Positions 16,855-24,912 of a stretch of DNA of 34,894 nucleotides are shown in pieces. Origin of the DNA: an uncultured Chloroflexota bacterium (GTDB lineage Bacteria; Chloroflexota; Anaerolineae; Aggregatilineales; Phototrophicaceae). Numbering within the stretch: position 1 is the first letter of the stretch; every line of letters starts with the position of its first letter. The stretch spans positions 1 through 34,894 of the forward strand of contig CAIRDJ010000059.1 of assembly GCA_903877335.1 (NCBI GenBank). The letters run 5' to 3'. Under the pieces are notes generated by a model. That model was not told where the DNA came from. It did not search any database and worked only from the letters and a program-made list of their open reading frames with translations. The position numbers and the translations under genes were made by a program.

Positions 16855-18954
16855 CTACTCGCTGTCAATCATAATCAATGTCTTGGAATACTTAATGAGT
16901 GCCTGTAGTACGCGCACCTTGTTTTCGGGGTCTAGCGCAACCAGATTCTCATCAATGATGGTGAGGTCTGGTTTTTGTAAAATGGCACGCGCAACGAAAA
17001 TGCGGTTGCGCTCCCCATGTGAAAGCCTCCATTCGGTTTCGCCCACCTTTTGATGAATGCCAAAGGGCATGTCATGCATTAACCCACCTAAACCCAATTC
17101 CTCACACAGTGCTTGCGCTTCTGCCAGATCGCCGGGGGTGGGGGTTCGGTTGCGCCCCATCAAAAGATTATATGCCAGCGACCCGTTGAGAATGTGATTT
17201 TGCGCGCTTGCCGAAACATACGCGATATTCTTGCGCCAAATGCGCGGGTTCAAGGTGTATTGATCGTTGCCCGCATAGAGTAACACACCAGAGGTGGGTT
17301 GTCTAAGGTGACACAAGACCGTGGCGAGGGTGGATTTCCCGCTCCCGGTTTCTCCTTGTAACCATAGTGTTTCACCGCTGTGGATGGTTAAGTTGACATT
17401 GTTAAGAATGGGTTCAAGGTTTTCGGTAAATCGAAAGCGGATGTTGCGCAGTTCTAAAATGATGTTGCTTCGGTTTACCTTATCGGTCATCTGGGGGTGT
17501 TGTTCGTTGTTCTGTGAAATTGCCTTGAGTTGTTGAATTTGATGCCAGGCATGGGTGCTTTTAACTAACTCTGGAATAGAAAAAGCTAAGATTTGCAACT
17601 GCATAAATGCGAACAACCACAGCGACAGACGCAAGCTAATGCCTAAGGGGGAGATGACGGCGGGATAAAGCGCGAGGGGGGCAATCCCCAATAATGCTAC
17701 CAAAACCCCGCCATAGGGAATGAGCGTCCAAACGAGGGTGGCAAGTCGGTCATAGCGAGTTGCCTGTTGCAGATATTGAGCAAGCACAGCATCCTCACGT
17801 TTGAACCAGTTTGTCTCCTGCACGAGGCGTGTGGTGTGCCCGCGAAGGTTTTCCACAAATTGATGAATGAGGTGTTTGTGTTGGGTGTGGAAGGTAGGGT
17901 ATTGTTGCACGAGATACCGAATCATCCCCACACAAATTGCTAACCAGCTCGCCAGAATCAGTGCGCTGAATAAATCCCCAATGATGAGCAGTACAAGCGT
18001 CACCAAGATGAGAAATACGGCAGAAGCGATCACCCAGGCACTGCGTTGAAAACCGGATTCCTCTAACGTTTCGGTTTCCATCACATCGTGAAAATATTGT
18101 GTGCTGTGCTGGAAAACTTCGCCAATGGGCAACTGAAGGGTATCTTGGAAAAGTTGTTGTTTGATGTTCAAGCCGAGCTTGAGCGCGTAGTAGTGTTCTA
18201 GCCAGGTGAGCATCAGGGCAATCGGAATGCGCGAAACCCACACCAAAAGCCCTAACACTAGCCAAAACGGGTTGATCCGTCCGCTGACACTGGCTTGCCC
18301 CATGAGCGCGATCGCTGTGAAGAATAGAATGTAGTGCCCACTCCGCAAGCCAATTTGTAGCCCCAACCAGCGAAGAATTTGCTGGCGCGTATTGCTGAGC
18401 GCGTTGGTAATTTGTGTGTTGACTAACCAGATGCCTTGAATGTGGTGTTGAGCGAGATGTAGATCGAGGTAGGCTTCACGCACTGCCTGGCGACGAAACA
18501 TCGGAAGGCCCACATCTTGCAAAAGCTGCGTGGTAATTTCAAAGTAGGCACGCTGCAACGGTTCTCTGAAGACATTTTGCAAGCGTTTCAAGGACAATCG
18601 TGTTCGCCTTCCGTCGTTCCCCAAAAGTGTGGCATGACGGGCACCACACCGCAGCACCACCACATACCCGTGCAAGGATTCAGTTTGTGTGGTGGAAGGA
18701 ACGGACAAGATTGCGGGGGAGTTGGCGCGGAGTAGTTCCATCAGTTGCGCGTATGACACGGCAACTTCCGTCAAACCTAATTGGAGCTTATCGCTAGTCT
18801 GCAATAACCATTCTTCAAAGGGGAGTGTCTCTTGGGTTGCGTCATACGATTCGACAAGGTGCGGTTCAGCGGATTGCCGAAGCAAAACCAACGCTTGATG
18901 CAGGTTGGAAGCGTTCCAGATCAGGGTATTTTGAGCAAGTTGATTCAATCGCAT
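16855..18954 (-). CDS. ABC exporter (fused TMD-NBD) with an N-terminal C39-like domain lacking the catalytic Cys
   Basis: NBD: Walker A 'GETGSGKSTL', signature 'LSHGERNRIF', Walker B 'IIDENLVALD'. N-terminal roughly 170 aa show C39-like spacing with a His-motif-like 'LHGYVVVL' but no N-terminal Cys motif. The stop is 3 nt before the start of the NfeD-like gene. Confidence 0.8.
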   Translation of the reverse strand: MRLNQLAQNTLIWNASNLHQALVLLRQSAEPHLVESYDATQETLPFEEWLLQTSDKLQLGLTEVAVSYAQLMELLRANSPAILSVPSTTQTESLHGYVVVLRCGARHATLLGNDGRRTRLSLKRLQNVFREPLQRAYFEITTQLLQDVGLPMFRRQAVREAYLDLHLAQHHIQGIWLVNTQITNALSNTRQQILRWLGLQIGLRSGHYILFFTAIALMGQASVSGRINPFWLVLGLLVWVSRIPIALMLTWLEHYYALKLGLNIKQQLFQDTLQLPIGEVFQHSTQYFHDVMETETLEESGFQRSAWVIASAVFLILVTLVLLIIGDLFSALILASWLAICVGMIRYLVQQYPTFHTQHKHLIHQFVENLRGHTTRLVQETNWFKREDAVLAQYLQQATRYDRLATLVWTLIPYGGVLVALLGIAPLALYPAVISPLGISLRLSLWLFAFMQLQILAFSIPELVKSTHAWHQIQQLKAISQNNEQHPQMTDKVNRSNIILELRNIRFRFTENLEPILNNVNLTIHSGETLWLQGETGSGKSTLATVLCHLRQPTSGVLLYAGNDQYTLNPRIWRKNIAYVSASAQNHILNGSLAYNLLMGRNRTPTPGDLAEAQALCEELGLGGLMHDMPFGIHQKVGETEWRLSHGERNRIFVARAILQKPDLTIIDENLVALDPENKVRVLQALIKYSKTLIMIDSE

Positions 18955-19014
18955 GCTACTTTCAATCGGATAAACCTACCCCTTATGGTAGCAAAATTTA
19001 TGCGAAATACCACG

Positions 19015-19047
19015 CCCACAACCCATAATCTAGTTTATGGGTTGTGG
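19015..19047. terminator. Perfect 13-bp inverted repeat (CCACAACCCATAA-tctagt-TTATGGGTTGTGG), a putative terminator or regulatory hairpin between the SBP gene and the ABC-NfeD-SPFH operon
   Basis: Read directly from the sequence. Followed by 'AGCTTTTGC' on the + strand, with no clean U-tract on the - strand. Confidence 0.4.
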
Positions 19048-19059
19048 AGCTTTTGCATG

Positions 19060-20616
19060 TTAGGGTTGCTTCCAAAGCAGGTTTTGGAACACACCGATTA
19101 GGTCGGGAAACAGGTTCATCACTTCTTTGCGCTTTGCCATGTATGTGTCAACATGCAAGGGGATGATGAGGGCACCCTCCTCTGATAAAATACGCTGAAT
19201 TTCAGCATAGAGTGGTTTACGCTCTTCTGGATTTTCCGTTGCTCGAATCTGATCGATTAATGCGTCGAATTCGGGATTCGTCCATCCTGAAACATTTAAG
19301 AAAGCATCCGACTTGAACATCAAACTTAAATTTATTTCAGGCTCCCCAACATGAGTCCACCATTGTACCGCAAACGGAACTTGCCCCCACTGTTCGTAGA
19401 AATAGCTATTGGCAGGGACACGCTCAATTTCTACGCGAATGCCAGCGGGTAAAAGCGATTCCTGTAAAACGACGGCAGCATTCACCAAGCCAGGAAAAAG
19501 ATCTGCTACGGTGAGCGTGATGTCGAGTCCGTCAGGGTAGCCTGCCTCAGCTAGGAGTGCCTTTGCGCCTTCAATATCTTGCGCAGGGGCTTCAATGCCA
19601 TCCCAATAGGGATTTGCTGGGCTGATGGGGTGGTCGTTGCCCAAATATCCATCTCCCAAGGCAAATACCTGACGAATTGCTTCACGGTTGGTTGCCAGCT
19701 TGAGTGCTTTGCGCACGCGCACATCATCAAAGGGAGGTTCAAAGGTTAGCATTTCAAAGCCAAACCAAAAACCCATATCAGATTGCAGAATGTCTATATT
19801 GGGATTGGCTTGCAAAATGGGGATGCTGGTTGGGCTTACTTGATAAAGAATATCCACATCTCCGCTGGCTAAAGCCGCTACTTGACTGGTGGGGTCAGGG
19901 ATGATGCGATACTGCATGGTATCAAGATAGGGCAAAGGAGCGTTCCAGTAGGCTTCATTGCGGACATACGTTACGGATTCGTCTGGGATATTCTCTCCTA
20001 AAATGAAGGGTCCTGTTCCAATTGGGGTGGTGGCGAGTTCCTCATCAGACCGCCCATTCGGAATGATGGAAGCGGCGGGATCCCACATCGTTTCCAGCAA
20101 CGTATGGTGAGGTTGCGACAAACGAAACTCAACTGTGTGCTCATCTAGGGCGACTACTTCGTTGACAGACGTGAATAAACTCCCAATGATGCTCCCTAAA
20201 TTCACGTCCATCAGACGGTTATAGGTGTAAACCACATCAGCAGAAGTGAAGTCCTGTCCGTTGTGGAACTTGACACCCTTGCGAAGATTAAATGTCCATG
20301 TTAGTTCATCCTCGCTAATTGACCAAGATTCCGCCAGGCGCGGTATAATCGGGAAATGCGGTTGAGTGACATCAAGCGTGACGAGTGTGTCTCCCATCAG
20401 AATCCACCCAAGTGCATCCGCCAAAGTGAGCCATGTGGCGGGGTCAAAAGTCGTGACACCATCCACCATAGCGATGCGAATCTCCCCCCCAAAGATCGGC
20501 TCAAGGGTGGACTGGGCGCGGGTAACACGAGGGGATAAACGATCAAAGAACATCATTGCCGATGTTCCTGCCATCAATTGCACGAATCTGCGACGCGATA
20601 ATTCATGATTGACCAT
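19060..20616 (-). CDS. ABC transporter substrate-binding protein, family 5 (peptide/nickel/opine type), Tat-exported
   Basis: Twin-arginine signal 'SRRRFVQLMAGTSAMMF'. Length and composition typical of DppA/OppA/NikA-type SBPs. Divergent from the P-ATPase-DppBCDF operon. Confidence 0.8.
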   Translation of the reverse strand: MVNHELSRRRFVQLMAGTSAMMFFDRLSPRVTRAQSTLEPIFGGEIRIAMVDGVTTFDPATWLTLADALGWILMGDTLVTLDVTQPHFPIIPRLAESWSISEDELTWTFNLRKGVKFHNGQDFTSADVVYTYNRLMDVNLGSIIGSLFTSVNEVVALDEHTVEFRLSQPHHTLLETMWDPAASIIPNGRSDEELATTPIGTGPFILGENIPDESVTYVRNEAYWNAPLPYLDTMQYRIIPDPTSQVAALASGDVDILYQVSPTSIPILQANPNIDILQSDMGFWFGFEMLTFEPPFDDVRVRKALKLATNREAIRQVFALGDGYLGNDHPISPANPYWDGIEAPAQDIEGAKALLAEAGYPDGLDITLTVADLFPGLVNAAVVLQESLLPAGIRVEIERVPANSYFYEQWGQVPFAVQWWTHVGEPEINLSLMFKSDAFLNVSGWTNPEFDALIDQIRATENPEERKPLYAEIQRILSEEGALIIPLHVDTYMAKRKEVMNLFPDLIGVFQNLLWKQP

Positions 20617-20828
20617 AATAAAGTCCTCTACAGTAAATAGTCTGAATCAATTTTCACCATGATTTTAATACGGGCACGACAATAAAGCAAATTATCAAGA
20701 AACAGAACTTGTGCTTGGATCAAGTCTCTACTACAGATTATTTAGGAACCGTATACAATAACAGTAAAAATCAGTATATTATATGCGTCCAACTTCGTGT
20801 GTTTCACAATAGTTGAAAGGCTTCTCCA
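20617..20828. promoter_or_regulatory. AT-rich divergent intergenic region (212 bp) between the SBP gene (-) and the P-type ATPase gene (+); presumed bidirectional promoter/operator region
   Basis: Long non-coding AT-rich gap with several TA-rich hexamers (e.g. 'TACAAT', 'TATATT'). No confident -35/-10 pair could be assigned by eye. Confidence 0.3.
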
Positions 20829-22991
20829 ATGCCCATAATGTTGCCAGTTGTTTTTCTAGGCGGGGCGATCGCAGCTGGTGTAAGTTACCTGCAAGAAAAA
20901 GACCTCCCTGTTCCTTTCGTCAAACCGAGAACCAAGTTGATCGTCTATTTGGGGAATGAGTTGCGACCTGAAGCTGACCCAGAAGATCGCTTTGTTGAAC
21001 GGGTTAACCTGAGGTATCAGAAGTTTTTTCAAGAGCGTATTGATCCGCTATTGGGGGCAAGTCGTCAACATGACCTCGCTGAGCTTGCGCCGACAACACA
21101 ACTGCTGGAGCGTCCGGATGGGTACATTAACCGTCGGTTGGGATATTCGGTCATCGCAATATTTTTTGCGATTGCGGGTAGTCTTTCGCTTCCCTCTTTC
21201 TTGGTGGTGAGCGTGGCAGTCGGGTTATACGCTAACAACGACTTGTACTTTCAGGGGACGCGGAATTTACTGAAGGGTAAACCGGATCACTTGACCACGG
21301 CAATGCTGGCGATGGTGACATCTTGGATCGGTGGTTTTTGGATTGCGAACTCACTGGCTTCATTGTTGTATTACACGGGTGAGAAATTAGCTGCCGTCAG
21401 TGAAAATCGCGCTCGTCAGCGCATGATTGATGTATTCGGGCAGATTCCCCGCACTGCGCGAGTGATTTTGGAGGGCGAAGAAATTGAAATTTCTGTTTCT
21501 GCCTTAAAGGAGGGGGATGTTGTGATAGTCCGTGCCGGGCAAATCATCCCTGTTGACGGCGAAATCACTCAAGGGATGGCTTCTATCGATCAGCACATGT
21601 TGACTGGTGAATCTCAACCTGTTGAAAAAGAAGTGGGAGCTGGGGTTTTTGCCTCTACACTTTTGTTATCTGGCGAAATCCTCATCACCATCACCCGTAC
21701 AGGTACGGAAACAGTGGCATCTCAGATTGTTGAGGTGTTGAACAATACGGCTAACTTCCAGTTTGAAATGGTGAATCGCGGTAAGCGGATCGCCAATGCG
21801 TGGGCACTTCCAACCATTCTGATTGGTTTAGCGGGTGGGTTAGTTGGTGGGATTCGCTCATTGGTGGCGTTATGGAATGTCGATGTTGGCTCTCAAATCA
21901 TGATTACCGCCCCCATCAGCTTATTGAATTTCCTCGATAAAGCCTCTGCTAATGGTATATTGGTCAAGGATGGTCGCTCGCTTGAACTCTTAAAACTGGT
22001 GGATACGGTTGTATTCGACAAGACTGGTACGTTAACCGAGGAACGCCCAACCGTCGCAGCGGTACATTCATTCTCGGAGTTTAGTTCAGACGCCATCCTA
22101 CAAATTGCTGCCGCTGCTGAAAGCCACCAATCCCATCCGATTGCGCATGCCATCCTCCATGCTACAAAAGAACGAGGGTTGGAATTTCCTGCTGTGGAAA
22201 AAACAGATGTTGAGCTGGGTTACGGGTTGCGTGTGATGCTTGAAGGGCACGAAATTCTGGTGGGTAGCCAACGCTTCATGGCGATGAGTGATGTAGAATT
22301 GCCCATTGACCTGGAGGACTTGCTCACTCAAACAGCGGAGCTGGGGCATTCGATGGTGTTTGTTGCGGTGGACGCGCAATTGATAGGGGCGATTGAGTTG
22401 CAACCGACCGTCCGCCCAGAGGCATACACGGTAATTGCCAACCTACAGGAGCGGGGTATCAAAACCGTGATTATCTCTGGCGACCAAGAAGCACCCACGC
22501 GCAAGTTAGCCCACCAACTGGGGATTGATGAATATTTTGCCAACACCCTGCCGGAGAATAAAGCACAATTGGTGGAGATGCTGCAATCTCAAGGGCGAAA
22601 AGTATGCTTTGTGGGGGACGGCATCAATGACTCCATCGCATTGCGCAAAGCGGATGTATCGGTCTCCATTCATGGCGCAACGACTATAGCGGTGGACACC
22701 GCGCAAATTGTCTTAATGAGTAAGAACCTAGAGAAGTTGCCGTACCTATTTGAGTTGTCCCACACGTTCAACCGAAATGCCAGAGTTGGAACGTTGATTG
22801 CTACGGTGCCTGCCTTCATTCTGATTGGTGGGGTATTCATCTTAAATTTGGGAGTTTATGCTTCAATTGCATTTTGGAACATTGGCTTAGTAGCAGGAAT
22901 GTTGGTGGCGATGTCCCCTAGCCTCTCCAATACAGAACAGGATAAGCAACAGGCACTCCCACAAAATAGCCGTGTGGCGTTGGGTGAATAA
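20829..22991 (+). CDS. P-type ATPase, P1B-like, lacking the canonical CPC motif and an N-terminal metal-binding domain
   Basis: Phosphorylation motif 'DKTGTLT', hinge 'GDGINDSIAL', and P1B-type 'HP' motif ('SHQSHPIAHAI'). At the position of the TM6 CPC motif the sequence reads 'ITAPISLLNF'. No CxxC HMA domain. Confidence 0.8.
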   Translation: MPIMLPVVFLGGAIAAGVSYLQEKDLPVPFVKPRTKLIVYLGNELRPEADPEDRFVERVNLRYQKFFQERIDPLLGASRQHDLAELAPTTQLLERPDGYINRRLGYSVIAIFFAIAGSLSLPSFLVVSVAVGLYANNDLYFQGTRNLLKGKPDHLTTAMLAMVTSWIGGFWIANSLASLLYYTGEKLAAVSENRARQRMIDVFGQIPRTARVILEGEEIEISVSALKEGDVVIVRAGQIIPVDGEITQGMASIDQHMLTGESQPVEKEVGAGVFASTLLLSGEILITITRTGTETVASQIVEVLNNTANFQFEMVNRGKRIANAWALPTILIGLAGGLVGGIRSLVALWNVDVGSQIMITAPISLLNFLDKASANGILVKDGRSLELLKLVDTVVFDKTGTLTEERPTVAAVHSFSEFSSDAILQIAAAAESHQSHPIAHAILHATKERGLEFPAVEKTDVELGYGLRVMLEGHEILVGSQRFMAMSDVELPIDLEDLLTQTAELGHSMVFVAVDAQLIGAIELQPTVRPEAYTVIANLQERGIKTVIISGDQEAPTRKLAHQLGIDEYFANTLPENKAQLVEMLQSQGRKVCFVGDGINDSIALRKADVSVSIHGATTIAVDTAQIVLMSKNLEKLPYLFELSHTFNRNARVGTLIATVPAFILIGGVFILNLGVYASIAFWNIGLVAGMLVAMSPSLSNTEQDKQQALPQNSRVALGE

Positions 22992-23036
22992 ACAGACTTT
23001 GGGCTTACCTGTAGACATCATGGGGAAATACTTGAT

Positions 23037-23981
23037 ATGGTGATTTTTTTGCTAAGGCGCCTGGCATTCATGCTGGCAACCTTGTTGTTCATCTCTCTGC
23101 TCATCTTTGTGGTGACAGAGGTTTTGCCGGGAGATGTGGCTACCGCGATACTGGGTAGACGCGCCACAGTCGAGAATTTAGCGGCGTTACGAGAGCAACT
23201 GGGGTTGGAACGTCCTGCGACCACACGTTATGTTGATTGGTTAACCGGAATGTTGCGAGGAGACTGGGGAGACTCGCTCACCCTTAAAGTCCCCATTTAT
23301 CCACTTGTCACCGAACGACTGGGCAACTCGCTCATTTTGGCAACTCTTGCTTTCGTGATAGGGGTGCCACTGGGATTGTTCTTGGGGATTATCGCAGGGT
23401 TAATGCAGGATAGCTGGGTCGATCATCTCATTTCTGGAAGTTTACTGGCTTTGATTTCTATTCCAGAGTTCGTGTTGGCTACAACAGGAATTATGATCTT
23501 CGCCTATCAATTTCAGATTTTACCCGCCACCAGCACAATCGAAGCCAACATGAGTTGGCAAACCGTCTTGCTCGCCCTGATATTGCCCACCACGACACTG
23601 GTCTTGGGGATGTTGGCACATGTGGGGCGAATGATGCGCACGAGCATTGCCGAAGTAATGCACAGTCAATACATCCGCACCGCCACCCTAAAGGGGTTGA
23701 AGATGCGTGTTGTCGTTTTGCGGCATGCATTGCCCAATGCGCTTCTTCCAACCATCAGCGTGATTGCTTTGGAAGTGGGGTATCTTTTGGGGGGGATTGT
23801 GGTCATTGAGAATGTATTTGCTTATCCGGGGTTGGGGCGTTTGATGTTGCGCGGGGTGACAAACCAAGATTTGCCCCTCTTGCAAGCCGTTACCTTAATA
23901 ATGACTTTTGCGTTCATGCTCGCTAATTTTCTGGCAGATATGGTCTACATGATGTTGAATCCACGCATTCGCTATGAGTAA
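23037..23981 (+). CDS. ABC transporter permease, DppB/OppB/NikB family
   Basis: N-terminus 'MVIFLLRRLAFMLATLLFISLLIFVVTEVLPGD' is typical of DppB. 6 TM helices. EAA-like region. Confidence 0.85.
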   Translation: MVIFLLRRLAFMLATLLFISLLIFVVTEVLPGDVATAILGRRATVENLAALREQLGLERPATTRYVDWLTGMLRGDWGDSLTLKVPIYPLVTERLGNSLILATLAFVIGVPLGLFLGIIAGLMQDSWVDHLISGSLLALISIPEFVLATTGIMIFAYQFQILPATSTIEANMSWQTVLLALILPTTTLVLGMLAHVGRMMRTSIAEVMHSQYIRTATLKGLKMRVVVLRHALPNALLPTISVIALEVGYLLGGIVVIENVFAYPGLGRLMLRGVTNQDLPLLQAVTLIMTFAFMLANFLADMVYMMLNPRIRYE

Positions 23982-24912
23982 GGATAAACCGATGCAAGAA
24001 CCTACGCCAACTTTTGCGGTCAAGGGCGTATCCACACAACCGGACAACATCACTCAAAATCGCCCAACTCAACTGTCATTTCTGCTTCGACGAATGCTCA
24101 AGTTGCGTCAACATCCAGCAGGATTATTGGCGTTGGTGTTTATTGTGTTGTACCTCTTTTTGGCGATCTTTGGGGAACAAATCGCCCCGTATCCCTACAC
24201 GCAACAGCACTATACCGATACCCTGAAGCCACCTTCGATTACCTACTGGTTTGGTACAGATCAGTTCGGAAGAGATGTGCTCAGTCGGGTCATTGTTGGC
24301 TCGCGCGATGTGTTGCTATTGGCTTTCACTGCGATATCTTTTAGCGGGCTACTGGGTTTGTTCATTGGGCTCCTGGCGGGGTACTATGGCGGACTGCTGG
24401 ACGAACTGCTGATGCGCCTGATGGACATCATCATGTCGTTCCCCGCACTTTTGTTAGCGTTGTTGATCTTGAGTGTGTACGGCTCAAATTTCTTTAATTT
24501 AATTCTGACGTTAGGGATAGTCTTTGCGCCGTTCATTGCCCGCGTGGTACGCAGTGCTGTACTCGATGTGCGTTCGCTAGAGTACATTGATGCTGCCCGC
24601 TTGCGTGGGGAGGGGGATTTCTACATCATGACCCAAGAGATTTTGCCTAATATTATTCCGGTGGTCATTGTCGAGTTTTCGTTGAACTTCAGCTATACCA
24701 TCCTAGCAGGGGCATCACTGGGCTTTCTGGGGTTGGGTGTGCAACCCCCATCGCCTGATTGGGGCTTACAGGTGAATGAGGGGAGTCTGTACGCACTGAT
24801 CGCCCCGTGGGTGGTGATCTTCCCGTCAATTGCCATCTCCATTTTGGTGCTGTCAATTAACGTGTTTGCGGATATTTTGGGTCGCATTTTGGTAGGCGAG
24901 GGAGAGTCATGA
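23974..24912 (+). CDS. ABC transporter permease, DppC/OppC/NikC family
   Basis: Overlaps the upstream gene by 8 nt. Typical DppC topology. 'YIDAARLRGEGDFYIMTQEILPN' EAA region. Confidence 0.85.
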   Translation: MSKDKPMQEPTPTFAVKGVSTQPDNITQNRPTQLSFLLRRMLKLRQHPAGLLALVFIVLYLFLAIFGEQIAPYPYTQQHYTDTLKPPSITYWFGTDQFGRDVLSRVIVGSRDVLLLAFTAISFSGLLGLFIGLLAGYYGGLLDELLMRLMDIIMSFPALLLALLILSVYGSNFFNLILTLGIVFAPFIARVVRSAVLDVRSLEYIDAARLRGEGDFYIMTQEILPNIIPVVIVEFSLNFSYTILAGASLGFLGLGVQPPSPDWGLQVNEGSLYALIAPWVVIFPSIAISILVLSINVFADILGRILVGEGES

